IMG/VR virus record: IMGVR_UViG_3300045988_120248
Coordinates: 45,063 to 109,062 of that record
DNA: 64,000 nucleotides
Reading direction: 5' to 3' (one strand)
DNA from: a virus
The stretch's first letter is position 1. Each line of letters opens with the position of its first letter. Position numbers and translations under genes: made by a program. This document shows, piece by piece, positions 18,936 to 28,967 of this stretch. Below the pieces are notes generated by a model. It worked only from the letters and a program-made list of their open reading frames with translations, was not told the DNA's origin and ran no database searches.

Positions 18936-20255
18936 ATGCCGCTCTCGGACAATATCAAAAACGGCCTGATTGCTTCCGGCCGCCTGAAAACAGCAATCAG
19001 AAATGCACCTGCGCAATATGGTGACCGGCAGAGGCAGTACCTTGGAGATCCCAGCACAGAGTTTGTTCATCAATATGCAAAGTATGCAACGGATTTCATA
19101 AAAGCACGTGTGCAGGGCCTGAACCAAGATGCTCCATATGAATGGGAAACCACATATATTCGTATGGCGGACATAGCGCCTGAGACTGCCTCCACGCTTC
19201 GGAAACAGGATGATTACAAGAGCGTCATGTTTGCGGATGAAAGCATTGAATATGTGCCAGAAGGTACAAAAATTGATGCAATGGGCAGTATTTGGCTGGT
19301 CACAAATCCACAGAACATATCCAATGCTGTTGGCGGCGGCGTGATACAGAGGTGTAGGTCGACTTGGAATCATCTGGACTGGTACGGCAATCTCCTAAAA
19401 GAGCCGATTTGCGTCGAGAAGGCGATCTTAACTGCAAACGAAAGTGATATGCAGGAATATGCGCTTATCACGAAGGGCTATGTCAACATTACGTGCCAGC
19501 GTAACGAAGAAACGAAAAAACTGAACACAAACAGCAGAATCATCTTGGGGTCTGCGGCATACCACATTACCGGTTTCGGCGATTACGCGCAGGAATTTAC
19601 CGGAGATTATGAATCAGTCCGGCTGCTTGAATTCACGGCTAGATATGAACCACCAAACGAAGAAATTGACGACATGGAAAACCATGTGGCAGGCGGAAAG
19701 ACGTTTTCGTGGGAAATCCGAGTAAGCGGGAACCCTATTATAAAAAGCGGCGCTACGGGCCAGTTGGAGGCCATCAGCCTTAGAATGGGCGAGAAAGCAG
19801 ACAGCGACTATGACCATCCGATCAGCTACATATGGGAGAGCAGCGACAGCAATATTGCGGATGTTGGCATGGACGGAAGCATTTTTGGCGTTTCAGAAGG
19901 GACTTGCACTGTGACTTGCACATTGGAACAGAACCGCAGCATCAGCGAGACATATGAAATAACGGTCGTTCCGGCGGAAAGCGGAAACGAAGTGGCGTTC
20001 CTCGGAAATATCCCGGACAAGATTCGCCCGTATGAGTCTGTTACGCTGGATGCAGCTTACTTCGAAAACGGCGAAGAACGGCTGGACAAAATAACGTTCT
20101 CTTATTCAGGTGCGGATATAATGTCGTATACTGCGACGGAAGCAGGGAACAGCACGCAAATTACTTGCTGGTCTGCAAGCGATGCGCCGTTGAAGGTAAC
20201 AGCGTCGTTTGGAGAATATGCAGCAAGCGTAGAAATCGGCTTGGAGGGCATTTGA
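18936..20255 (+). CDS. structural protein with C-terminal Ig-like (Big_2-like) domain
   Basis: 439 aa; ...ISYIWESSDSNIADVGMDGSIFGVSEGTCTVTCTL... motif. Confidence 0.5.
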   Translation: MPLSDNIKNGLIASGRLKTAIRNAPAQYGDRQRQYLGDPSTEFVHQYAKYATDFIKARVQGLNQDAPYEWETTYIRMADIAPETASTLRKQDDYKSVMFADESIEYVPEGTKIDAMGSIWLVTNPQNISNAVGGGVIQRCRSTWNHLDWYGNLLKEPICVEKAILTANESDMQEYALITKGYVNITCQRNEETKKLNTNSRIILGSAAYHITGFGDYAQEFTGDYESVRLLEFTARYEPPNEEIDDMENHVAGGKTFSWEIRVSGNPIIKSGATGQLEAISLRMGEKADSDYDHPISYIWESSDSNIADVGMDGSIFGVSEGTCTVTCTLEQNRSISETYEITVVPAESGNEVAFLGNIPDKIRPYESVTLDAAYFENGEERLDKITFSYSGADIMSYTATEAGNSTQITCWSASDAPLKVTASFGEYAASVEIGLEGI

Positions 20256-20256
20256 C

Positions 20257-20961
20257 ATGGCAATTTCAATTATGCAGGGCGACAGCTACTCCATGCCGTT
20301 TGTTCTGCGAATGCTGGATGGTACGCTCATTACAGAGGATATGGTGGAAATTGTAGTTCTGAACCTCGGGAAACTGTCCAGACAGTATCCGGGCGATGTT
20401 ACGTACAAGAGCGGGAAATGGCTGTTTCCAGTTGAGCAGGAACAATCTTTTTCGATGAGCGGGTGTGTCGAGCCACAGGCCAGAATACAGTTCAAGGGTG
20501 GGAATATTTTTGGCGGCATCGGCCGTCAAATCCGAATCCTGACAGCTGCAAACCGTGGCATTCTGATCGATGCGGATTCATCGGGCGGCACAGTCACGGA
20601 TGATATTCCGGTTGAAATCGGCGCGGTAAATGGGAACATTAGTGTAACGGTAATGGCGGCGGGCGTAAATGCCGCATTGGGTGCAGTCCGATACGATGTA
20701 GAACAAAACCTTACGCCGGAAGAGCAGCAGCGCGCACGCGCAAATATCGGCGTTGGTGCAGGCGATGATCTCCACTACGCATTTACGCAAAATGTAGCGT
20801 CCGATTTGTGGATGATACAGCATAACCTTGGCAAATACCCGTCTGTATCAGTTGCAGACAGCGCGGGTACGGAAGTTGTGGGGGATGTGCAGTATATCGA
20901 CAAGAATAAATTGTCTATCGCATTCACTGCGCCATTCTCTGGAAAAGCATATCTCAACTGA
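20257..20961 (+). CDS. fibre-like protein
   Basis: EEQQRARANIGVGAG motif typical of phage fibre proteins. Confidence 0.45.
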   Translation: MAISIMQGDSYSMPFVLRMLDGTLITEDMVEIVVLNLGKLSRQYPGDVTYKSGKWLFPVEQEQSFSMSGCVEPQARIQFKGGNIFGGIGRQIRILTAANRGILIDADSSGGTVTDDIPVEIGAVNGNISVTVMAAGVNAALGAVRYDVEQNLTPEEQQRARANIGVGAGDDLHYAFTQNVASDLWMIQHNLGKYPSVSVADSAGTEVVGDVQYIDKNKLSIAFTAPFSGKAYLN

Positions 20962-20990
20962 CCAGCAGACGGAAAGAGAGGAAATTTACG

Positions 20991-22523
20991 ATGAGTAGAA
21001 GTGTTCTTACAAACCTTGACCTCAATAAAAATGAAATTCAGAATGCGGTGCTTCAGCCGCTGGCTGCGGCTCCTGCGAACCCGAAGCAATTCCAAATCTA
21101 TACGAATTCTCAGGATAAGATCATTTATCAGTATGACGGTGAGAACTGGAACCCGGTAGGTGTTGTTTACAATCAGGCTGGCAGTACCGGCGCGGTCATT
21201 GTCGGCCTTGGTTCAAACGGCACTGTTACTACCAAGAAGATCGTTGAGCTCACGCTGAATGATTATCAGCCGGTCGAAGGCGGCTATATTGCAGATGGCG
21301 ATACGCTTCAGAAAGCATTTGCGGCGCTTGATACCGCTGTTAAGAACGCTGTAGCTGGCGGCGGTGAAGTCAACCAGAACGCGTTTTCTAATGTGACCGT
21401 TCCGACGCAGAGCACGAACGATACCGCCGAAGTTGCTGGGCAGAATGAAGCCGTGACGGTTTCTGCAACCAGCAAGACCGATACGTTCTCTCTTGCCTCC
21501 GGTGATAAGTGGATTCATGTCAACGGTGACGGCACGACCAAAATTATCACACTCGGCCATGTGTTCAGCGGAGCAACTGCCGGTCAGTATGGTGACGCAA
21601 CGCACACTGTTTCCATCACTGTTGACAAGGCCGGCCATATCACGGCGGCAGAAGTCGTTGAAATCGTTGGCGCACAGTACATTTCCGGCCTTACATCCGA
21701 TGCACAGGCACAGCTTAATGCCAAGATTCCCGCATCTGAGAAAGGCCAGCCGAACGGCGTCGCAACCCTCGGCGCAGATGGACTTGTTCCATCTGGGCAG
21801 CTCCCCAGCTATGTGGACGATGTTGTTGAGGCATACATCGTCGGTAGCACGCCTAGAGCAGCTGACTGGCTTTCCACCACAGAAGGCGGTGCTCCTCTGA
21901 CACCGGAAACCGGCAAGATCTACATCGTCATGACGGAAGGCAGCTACCAGAACAAGCAGTACCGCTGGGGCGGCACAGTCTATGTTCTCTGTAACCCTTC
22001 GGACGTCAATTCTGTCAACGGCAAAACCGGTGTTGTTGTGCTGACGCAGGATGATATCGGCGAGGGAGAAACCTATACGCAATTCAGCAAGACCAATAAG
22101 ACAAAACTTGATTCTGTTGCTGAAGGTGCAACTAAGAATACCATCACGCAGAACGGAACAGAGGTTGCGAACCCAACATTCTACGCCCCCACGACCGGAG
22201 GCGAGACTGGGCAGGTTCTGACTTCCAACGGCGAAGGTCAGGCTCCTACATGGCAGGCTGCTCCGGAAAATCTGCACAAGTATTCCATCACGAACCCGGT
22301 GCTTTCCGCTTCCGGCGGTGCATTCACATGGCAGATCGCTGCGCAGGCGAACGGCCCCCAGACCCCGATGCTGGTACAGGTGTATGATACGGCTACAAAC
22401 GCAATGGTTTTGACTGACGTAGAAATCGGTGCTGACAACAGCATTACAATCACCATTAACCAGACCGACGCAAGCGTGACTTCTCTGAGCGCTGGAGCGT
22501 ATCGTGCTGTCGCAATCGGCTGA
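20991..22523 (+). CDS. tail-fibre-like protein (510 aa)
   Basis: Motifs LGADGLVPSGQLPSYVDDVVE and SVNGKTGVVVLT, common in phage fibres. Confidence 0.55.
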   Translation: MSRSVLTNLDLNKNEIQNAVLQPLAAAPANPKQFQIYTNSQDKIIYQYDGENWNPVGVVYNQAGSTGAVIVGLGSNGTVTTKKIVELTLNDYQPVEGGYIADGDTLQKAFAALDTAVKNAVAGGGEVNQNAFSNVTVPTQSTNDTAEVAGQNEAVTVSATSKTDTFSLASGDKWIHVNGDGTTKIITLGHVFSGATAGQYGDATHTVSITVDKAGHITAAEVVEIVGAQYISGLTSDAQAQLNAKIPASEKGQPNGVATLGADGLVPSGQLPSYVDDVVEAYIVGSTPRAADWLSTTEGGAPLTPETGKIYIVMTEGSYQNKQYRWGGTVYVLCNPSDVNSVNGKTGVVVLTQDDIGEGETYTQFSKTNKTKLDSVAEGATKNTITQNGTEVANPTFYAPTTGGETGQVLTSNGEGQAPTWQAAPENLHKYSITNPVLSASGGAFTWQIAAQANGPQTPMLVQVYDTATNAMVLTDVEIGADNSITITINQTDASVTSLSAGAYRAVAIG

Positions 22524-22577
22524 TGAAAGCAACGCCTCCCGCGTGAAACATCGTGGGAGGCTAACTTGGAGGTATCT

Positions 22578-22964
22578 ATGAAAAATTTAAGTCGATACGA
22601 TGAATCCTTGTCTGTTCCTCGCAAGGAAGATGTGGATGCCAAACAAGATACGATCAATGTAATCGGTGTCCTCCACGGAGACGGATCGGGCGGTATCTCT
22701 GCCGCCGAGACCACGCAGGCGGAGACGATTCCGATTCCGGCGGGTATCCTGAAGGGCACGGCGTCCGGCGGCATCACAGCAGCGGAAGCGGGCACGGATT
22801 ATCTGACGGAAGCGCCCGTCACGTCTGTCAACGGCGAGACGGGCGCCGTCACAGTCCGTGAGGTGCCTGCCGTGACGGCATCCGACAACGGTAAATTCCT
22901 GCGTGTGGTAGGCGGCGTGTGGGCAGCCGTCTCAATTTCTGATGCGAATGGAGGGAGCTTCTGA
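22578..22964 (+). CDS. small fibre-like protein
   Basis: ORF 22566..22964 trimmed to ATG 22578 after GGAGG. SVNGETGAVTV motif. C-terminal DNGKFLRVVGGVWAAVSISDANGGSF is paralogous to the end of 43803..44612. Confidence 0.5.
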   Translation: MKNLSRYDESLSVPRKEDVDAKQDTINVIGVLHGDGSGGISAAETTQAETIPIPAGILKGTASGGITAAEAGTDYLTEAPVTSVNGETGAVTVREVPAVTASDNGKFLRVVGGVWAAVSISDANGGSF

Positions 22965-23977
22965 TGAGTTTATCACAGGCTGTGACGGAATATTTGACGA
23001 ATACGACTGACCTGACGGCGGTCGCCGACGCGATCCGCGCGAAGGGCGGCACGGCTGCGCAGCTGGTGTACCCGGCGGGCTTTGTGTCGGCCATTCAGGC
23101 GATCCAGACCGGCGTTACGCCGCAGCTCATCGTCACGACGAGCGCAGGCGCGGCGGTCACAGCCACGAAGGGCTCCAAAACCGTCAGCGGGACGGCGGGC
23201 ACGGACGGCACGTGTACGCTGGAGCTCTCCGAGGCGGGCGAGTGGAGCGTGACGGCTTCGCTGAACGGCAACAGCAAAACGGAGTCGATCATGATCGGGA
23301 CACAGACGCTGGATGTAAGTATTCTCTCTGATACATTTGCGGAGAACAGCTGGGCGCAGATCGCGGAGGCCTGCCAGACCGGGACTGTTCCGAGTACCTG
23401 GATCGTGGGCAACAGCAAGACCATGACCATCGGCGGAACAGACTATCAGATCGATATCATCGGCAAGAACCACGACCCGTACGCAGACGGCTCCGGTACG
23501 GCTCCGCTGACATTCCAGATGCATGACTGCTATGCAACAACCTATGCCATGAACGCCGCGAACACGAACGTAGGCGGATGGAAGGAGTGCGCAATGCGCA
23601 AAACGCATCTGCCTGCCATTCTGGCGCTCATGCCGGCGGAAGTCCAGACCGGCATCCGCGAGGTGAACAAGCTGACGTCGGCAGGCAACACGAGCGCCAC
23701 CATCGAAACCACTGCGGACAAGCTGTTTCTGCTGAGCGAGGTCGAGGTTTTCGGAACCAACAGATTTTCCTATGCTGGCGAGGGAACACGGTACGCTTAT
23801 TATCAGGCCGGAAACACAGCCACCAAAAATCGGAACGGCTCCTACCAGAAGTGGTGGACGCGGTCTCCGTACAAATCCGACGGAGAGAATTTCGGCACGT
23901 CTGCCTACCAGCCTGCAGAACCGGACACGAGTGGAGCCAACAACTCTAATGGCGTGGCCTTCGGCTTCTGCTTCTGA
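22964..23977 (+). CDS. surface/adhesin-type protein (DUF6273-like)
   Basis: C-terminal ...YQKWWTRSPY... and LFLLSEVEVFG motifs resemble the WW(L/T)RSP family of Firmicute surface proteins. Confidence 0.45.
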   Translation: MSLSQAVTEYLTNTTDLTAVADAIRAKGGTAAQLVYPAGFVSAIQAIQTGVTPQLIVTTSAGAAVTATKGSKTVSGTAGTDGTCTLELSEAGEWSVTASLNGNSKTESIMIGTQTLDVSILSDTFAENSWAQIAEACQTGTVPSTWIVGNSKTMTIGGTDYQIDIIGKNHDPYADGSGTAPLTFQMHDCYATTYAMNAANTNVGGWKECAMRKTHLPAILALMPAEVQTGIREVNKLTSAGNTSATIETTADKLFLLSEVEVFGTNRFSYAGEGTRYAYYQAGNTATKNRNGSYQKWWTRSPYKSDGENFGTSAYQPAEPDTSGANNSNGVAFGFCF

Positions 23978-23988
23978 GGAGGGGAGAT

Positions 23989-24528
23989 ATGGGCATCTTA
24001 ATCACAGACGGCAAGCTGCTGGCCGTGGACGGCAAGCTCACCACGGCGAACGCCGCCCCGTCCGGCGGCGGTCAAGATGAGACTGCGGAAGCGGCCTTGA
24101 TTTCCGATGTTGGTACAAACTTCCCAGCGACGTACAAAAACACGGTTGCTACGAAAATTAGGAACGCATGTTTTAACAGCTACACAAAGCTGGTATCGGT
24201 TGAATTTCCGGCGGTTACGAGCGTCGGTGTGCAGGCGTTTCAGAATTGTACATCGTTGAAAAAGGCAGATTTTAGTGTGCTTACCAACATCAGTATATGG
24301 GCGTTTAACGTTTGTAGTGCATTGAAGGCGTTGATTATACGGACAAATTCTGTATGCACATTGGCTGGAACCAATGCGTTTGCAAATAATTCTGGAATAT
24401 TGGCTGGCACAGGATATGTCTATGTTCCATCCGCACTCGTAGACAGTTACAAATCCGCAACCAACTGGTCAACATACGCCGACCAAATTCGATCCATAGA
24501 GGACTACCCGTCTATTACAGGAGGCTGA
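23989..24528 (+). CDS. leucine-rich repeat (BspA-type) protein
   Basis: Repeats of the form F..C..L..v.fp..vt.Ig..AF..C..L. Confidence 0.55.
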   Translation: MGILITDGKLLAVDGKLTTANAAPSGGGQDETAEAALISDVGTNFPATYKNTVATKIRNACFNSYTKLVSVEFPAVTSVGVQAFQNCTSLKKADFSVLTNISIWAFNVCSALKALIIRTNSVCTLAGTNAFANNSGILAGTGYVYVPSALVDSYKSATNWSTYADQIRSIEDYPSITGG

Positions 24529-24532
24529 TAGC

Positions 24533-24766
24533 ATGATTGTAAGAGAATTCTATGCAACTCGTAGAGACGGTGTGGACTTGTATCATACATATTCGGACGC
24601 CGGATACATGATCCGGCAGACGCAGACCGGCACGGAATACGCCGAGGCCGTCGACGTGGCCGACGCGCCGTACACCTACACAGAGACGGAAACGCCGATT
24701 AAAACGCCGGAGATGACTACAGAAGAAATGCTGGCAGAATTGGGGGCGGCCTATGACAACGGATAA
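24533..24766 (+). CDS. hypothetical protein
   Basis: ORF track. Confidence 0.45.
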   Translation: MIVREFYATRRDGVDLYHTYSDAGYMIRQTQTGTEYAEAVDVADAPYTYTETETPIKTPEMTTEEMLAELGAAYDNG

Positions 24767-25079
24767 GCTGAATCAGATCAAGAAGTCCATCACGGATGGC
24801 CGGATGGTGGCGAGAGCTGGCGGCATTTCGGTGGCGGTGGAGCAGAGCGACAAACTCGGCTTTGACTGGCGCAACATCTACGTCAACGACATTCTCGTCC
24901 GGCAGGAGTACGTCGAGCAGGCGGTCAAGCGCGGCACGGCGGACAACCCCATTGCATGGGCCTCCGGCATGGCACTGATCCAGAACGCTTATTACACCCA
25001 CAACGGCGAAACAAAGGTCTGGATGGGCGAGGCCGGGAAGAAAGCAAAGTGGACGGACGCGGCCTTCGTGCCGATCTGA
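24753..25079 (+). CDS. hypothetical protein
   Basis: ORF track; overlaps the previous gene by 14 nt. Confidence 0.45.
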   Translation: MTTDKLNQIKKSITDGRMVARAGGISVAVEQSDKLGFDWRNIYVNDILVRQEYVEQAVKRGTADNPIAWASGMALIQNAYYTHNGETKVWMGEAGKKAKWTDAAFVPI

Positions 25080-25241
25080 TAGCGCGGAAGGGAGAAAATC
25101 ATGGACTTGCAGGATCTGAACATTGCAGTCGCGGAGAGGCCAGACGCGAAATGAAGAAAGGCTGAACTTACATGAGTACCATCATTGACACCCTCATCAC
25201 CGACCGGACGCAGGCGGAATGGCAGCCACGTAGGAGGAAGT

Positions 25242-25415
25242 ATGCAAGGAACGTGTGAGTACGCATACAGAAAAAACGGTGATGTCAGCCTGCATTGCCG
25301 TTATCTGACGGAGAAAAAGGAACGGCACGACTGGTGCGCCCATCAGTATCTGTGTGCCAGAACGAAAAAATGGGAAGTTTCTTCTGAATCTTCCCACTGT
25401 AAAATCAAACCCTAG
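25242..25415 (+). CDS. hypothetical Cys-rich small protein
   Basis: ORF 25185..25415 trimmed to ATG 25242 after AGGAGGA. Confidence 0.35.
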   Translation: MQGTCEYAYRKNGDVSLHCRYLTEKKERHDWCAHQYLCARTKKWEVSSESSHCKIKP

Positions 25416-25458
25416 CGTACACTGAAAAAACCATACAACCGAAAGGAGCTGTGAGAGT

Positions 25459-26037
25459 ATGGGAAAGATTCAAATCACGAAGGAAAACCTCATTCGGATG
25501 CCGGACTATGTGCCGCTGCGTGAGAAGATGCAGTTTGTAAAGGAAGCAGCAGACCTCTGCTTTGACCGCATTGAGATAAAAATCGACGGTGGTCTGGATA
25601 GCATGCCGATGCCGCCGCTTTACAAGGAAAACACGGCAATCAAAAGCCGCGTCCTCATGGCGGCATATGCCAAACTCTATCTCAGCGAGCCGTATGAGTT
25701 TGAAAAGAATCAGTGGCTTATGACAGAACCAGAATATGACCGCTTTGCCTCAAGTCATATTATGAACCAGTTTGAACGACTGAAACGCTGCGACGGTGAG
25801 GTTCGCGATAAGGCGTTTGACGTGATTTCAGATATGCGTGACCTTGAGAAGCGCCTGAACACCGAAATATACGGCCTTACACAGGTCATGAACGAACCGG
25901 TAACGCGCATTATCATGGCAGTGCAGCAGCAGACCACTCCAGAGGCCGTCAGCGGCGCACTGAACGAGCTGAAGAATGCGCAAAAGGCATTCACCGACTA
26001 CATGGAAACGCGGCAGAAACAGGCGGAGGAAGGCTGA
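25459..26037 (+). CDS. hypothetical protein
   Basis: ORF track; RBS AAAGGAG. Confidence 0.5.
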   Translation: MGKIQITKENLIRMPDYVPLREKMQFVKEAADLCFDRIEIKIDGGLDSMPMPPLYKENTAIKSRVLMAAYAKLYLSEPYEFEKNQWLMTEPEYDRFASSHIMNQFERLKRCDGEVRDKAFDVISDMRDLEKRLNTEIYGLTQVMNEPVTRIIMAVQQQTTPEAVSGALNELKNAQKAFTDYMETRQKQAEEG

Positions 26038-26038
26038 T

Positions 26039-26722
26039 ATGGCAGTATCGGTCAATTCGGACTCTTATCCCTATGAAAGAATTCAGACGGGTTTCAACAG
26101 GCTTCGCGGCACTGAAGAAATCCCAATCAAGATTCTGAAGTACCTGATGGATTTGCCACTTCCGGGCTACACACCGAAGGACGATAACGACCGCGCCCGC
26201 GTGCGGCTGATGAAGTATCTGTGGTACGACGGCGCGCGTCCGCTGGCAAATCCGCTTCCAACTCCGCAAGAAAAGCTGTCCATGCTTTTTGACGGAGATA
26301 ATCCAGTTCTGAACACAGCGGAAGACAAGAAGCGGCACCCGAAGGGATACCGCATATACCCACAAAGAGTTTGGGGGCAGAGCGATACAGAAGCGGACAC
26401 GATACTGAAACTCTATATGGGAAGAACCATTGCAAAAGACAATTTCCATACGGTTCTCGGTTTGCAGTTTGAAATCCTTGTGAATGTCAACATGGAGAAC
26501 ACCACGCGGACAGACGCATATTCCAGAGCCTACAGTATCGAGCAGTGCATCATCGAAGCACTTCACGGAGTGAACATTACCGGAATCGGGGTCATTGACT
26601 TCGACCGGTACGCACACACCGACAATGGAAGCAAGAGTATATTCGACTACGGAAACCATATTGGCCGCATGCCGCATATGAGCGTGGAGTGGTGTGACTC
26701 CGAAATGGATATACCTGAATAG
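26039..26722 (+). CDS. hypothetical protein
   Basis: ORF 25976..26722 trimmed to ATG 26039 after GGAGGAAGG. Confidence 0.5.
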   Translation: MAVSVNSDSYPYERIQTGFNRLRGTEEIPIKILKYLMDLPLPGYTPKDDNDRARVRLMKYLWYDGARPLANPLPTPQEKLSMLFDGDNPVLNTAEDKKRHPKGYRIYPQRVWGQSDTEADTILKLYMGRTIAKDNFHTVLGLQFEILVNVNMENTTRTDAYSRAYSIEQCIIEALHGVNITGIGVIDFDRYAHTDNGSKSIFDYGNHIGRMPHMSVEWCDSEMDIPE

Positions 26723-26732
26723 AAAAATATTT

Positions 26733-26812
26733 GACCCGTGCCGAAAGAGCGGCACGGAAGAACCAGAGAGGGTTATCGACACATTGAGCTGTGTCGGTAG
26801 CCCTCTTTTTTG
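26733..26812 (+). promoter_or_regulatory. conserved hairpin + intrinsic terminator element, copy B
   Basis: Stem 26736-26742/26751-26757 with the identical loop GAAAGAGC; two compensatory base-pair changes relative to copy A; terminator stem then TTTTTT. Confidence 0.55.
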
Positions 26813-26847
26813 CTTAACACGGCAATCAGAAAGGCGGAAAAGAAAAC

Positions 26848-27681
26848 ATGCAAGACCTTTCTCCTGAGATGGCAAAGGCCGTTCGGCGATTCGAACCGAT
26901 TGAAACCGAAGGCTTGACCCTATATCCAATCTGCGTCAAGGACATCGATAGATTTACGGTAGCTAGGCCGGCAATCGAGTTTATGCAGCAGAGTCTCCCT
27001 GTGGCGCTGCTGTCAAAGCCTCTCTTGCAGGCGTACTACACGCTGGAACTTGACGCGGCAGTAAATGGACAGCCCGGAGGCGGACTTTTTTACAAGAGCA
27101 TTCTGTTCCTTCTGCTTGCGCTGCGGGCAGGGGATGGGCTGCCAGATGAGCAACGGATGGAGCTTGTGAATTTCGAGCTGAAGGAAAATGACCCGACGCG
27201 GCTGAAAAGTGTGCTCATTTTTGTGAACGGGGAAGTGAAAAGGATAACCCCGATGCAATTCCAGCGCCTGCGACCGATTTTGGCTGCTCAGAACGGCATT
27301 GAGCTGCTGTCTGAGAATGCCAACCCTGAGTTGGTTCAGGCGGAACGCGACTTGGCGGAAATGAACGCACCGAAACTCCAATACCGCATAGATGCACTGA
27401 AAGCTACAGTTGCCACTTTATCTGGGGCAGATGAATCCGACATGGAAGAGTGGCCAATCTTGAAGCTTTTGCTGCGGCGAGATGCTGTGCAGCGGATTGT
27501 TGGGTACATCGTTTGCAGCGTTGCAGAGGCGCAGGGCGCGAAATGGAAGCATGGAAACCCGTACCCGAGCCCTCTGTACGACCGCGAAATCGACTATTGC
27601 GGCGGACTGATCGATATGTCCACGTTCGCCGGCGGAGCCGGTATGCGGGCTGTCCAAAATGCAGGAAACCAGACCACATAA
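26848..27681 (+). CDS. hypothetical tail-module protein
   Basis: ORF track. Confidence 0.5.
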   Translation: MQDLSPEMAKAVRRFEPIETEGLTLYPICVKDIDRFTVARPAIEFMQQSLPVALLSKPLLQAYYTLELDAAVNGQPGGGLFYKSILFLLLALRAGDGLPDEQRMELVNFELKENDPTRLKSVLIFVNGEVKRITPMQFQRLRPILAAQNGIELLSENANPELVQAERDLAEMNAPKLQYRIDALKATVATLSGADESDMEEWPILKLLLRRDAVQRIVGYIVCSVAEAQGAKWKHGNPYPSPLYDREIDYCGGLIDMSTFAGGAGMRAVQNAGNQTT

Positions 27682-27726
27682 CACACACAAACATCTTTTT
27701 GAAACGCACAAAGGAGTGACAAAAGA

Positions 27727-28857
27727 ATGATTCGTTTTACTGATTCTCGCCTTTACGCAAAAGGCATTGGCGAAGCGATTTGTACCGATAAGACTACCGG
27801 ACAGATCCTTTACTTCTCCAACAAGTTCCAGACCGGTAACGTGACACCGAGCGTCACCATCGGCGAAATCCGCGCCGGCCTCGGAAACGCTATCGCTACT
27901 ACGCTTCCGTCTGACGCTTCTGTCAACGTCGAGTTTACGGCTGCCGACTTCAACCTGTGGGCCAAGGCTGCCCAGATGGGTGCGATGCTCCGTCACAACG
28001 CTCCGGTCATGGTTTGCCAGACCGTTACTGCGAACGGCACGGCGCTTTCCATCGACATCACCGAGGGTACGCCTGTCGCACAGAAGGGCTTCTCCAAGAT
28101 CTTCTGCTACGTGCAGGAAGTCGGCGCTCCGTCTCCCATTGCAACTGGTGGCGTGTCTTATGACCTGAATCCCACTACCGGTGCAGTCACCGGCTTCACT
28201 GCGACGTCCGGCAAGACTTACAAGGTCTTCTACTTTGTCAACAAAGCCACTGCTCAGATCGCGACCATCACCACGGCGATGGACCCGAAGGTCGTTCACT
28301 TCATCGCGACCGTTGCGGTCTTCTCCACTGCTTCCGGCTCCGCGCAGAACGAGGGCACTCGCGTCGGTACGCTGTACATCATCATCCCGTCTCTGAAGTT
28401 CGGTGCGAACGGCGGCGTTACCGGCGATCAGACCAACAACGACACCACGTCTCTGTCCGGTCAGGCAATCGCGTATGACCCGGATGTCATCACTGACGGC
28501 TGTGACGAATGCACCGGCGCAGGCAGCGACCTTGCGTACTACATCTACCAGCCGTGCGGCTCCGGTGTTGAGGAAATCGAGGGTATCGTTGCCAGCATCG
28601 GCGGCATTTCTCTCCCTGCCTCTACCACCTACCAGATGCAGCCGCGTCTCGCCATGAAGAACGGTGAGCTCGTCAAGGGCGATGCTGCGACGTTCACCTA
28701 CACCGCGACTGGCGCTCCGTCCGGTACGACTGTCGGCGAGAAGACCGGCCTGATTACCGCAGGCACGACCGCTGGCGATTTCACCATTGAAGTCAGCTAC
28801 ACGGCGGGTGAATCCACCTTTAAGGACACCTGCGAAGTAGAAGTCACCTCGACCTAA
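27727..28857 (+). CDS. major tail protein with C-terminal Ig-like domain (positional call)
   Basis: 376 aa, high expression-type codon usage, upstream of the tape measure; C-terminal FTYTATGAPSGTTV...TIEVSYT Ig-like segment. Confidence 0.55.
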   Translation: MIRFTDSRLYAKGIGEAICTDKTTGQILYFSNKFQTGNVTPSVTIGEIRAGLGNAIATTLPSDASVNVEFTAADFNLWAKAAQMGAMLRHNAPVMVCQTVTANGTALSIDITEGTPVAQKGFSKIFCYVQEVGAPSPIATGGVSYDLNPTTGAVTGFTATSGKTYKVFYFVNKATAQIATITTAMDPKVVHFIATVAVFSTASGSAQNEGTRVGTLYIIIPSLKFGANGGVTGDQTNNDTTSLSGQAIAYDPDVITDGCDECTGAGSDLAYYIYQPCGSGVEEIEGIVASIGGISLPASTTYQMQPRLAMKNGELVKGDAATFTYTATGAPSGTTVGEKTGLITAGTTAGDFTIEVSYTAGESTFKDTCEVEVTST

Positions 28858-28898
28858 CCACAAACCATATCCCGGAGGGGAAAAATCCCTTCCGGGGA

Positions 28899-28954
28899 AT
28901 GCGCAAACCTATCAATCAAGTGCAAGCGAAATGTTGGTGGGCTTGCGCATTTTT
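28899..28954 (+). terminator. possible attenuating terminator after the major tail gene
   Basis: atgcgcaa / ttgcgcat 8-bp stem enclosing a large loop, followed by TTTT. Confidence 0.3.
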
Positions 28955-28967
28955 AGAGGTGCTTGAC

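Noticed and set aside
25101-25258. Two mini-ORFs (17 aa at 25101-25154; 28 aa at 25172-25258 starting MSTIIDTLITDRTQ)
   Set aside because: They are too short to support. The second looks like the N-terminal remnant of a fibre-associated protein truncated by a stop, so it may be a gene relic
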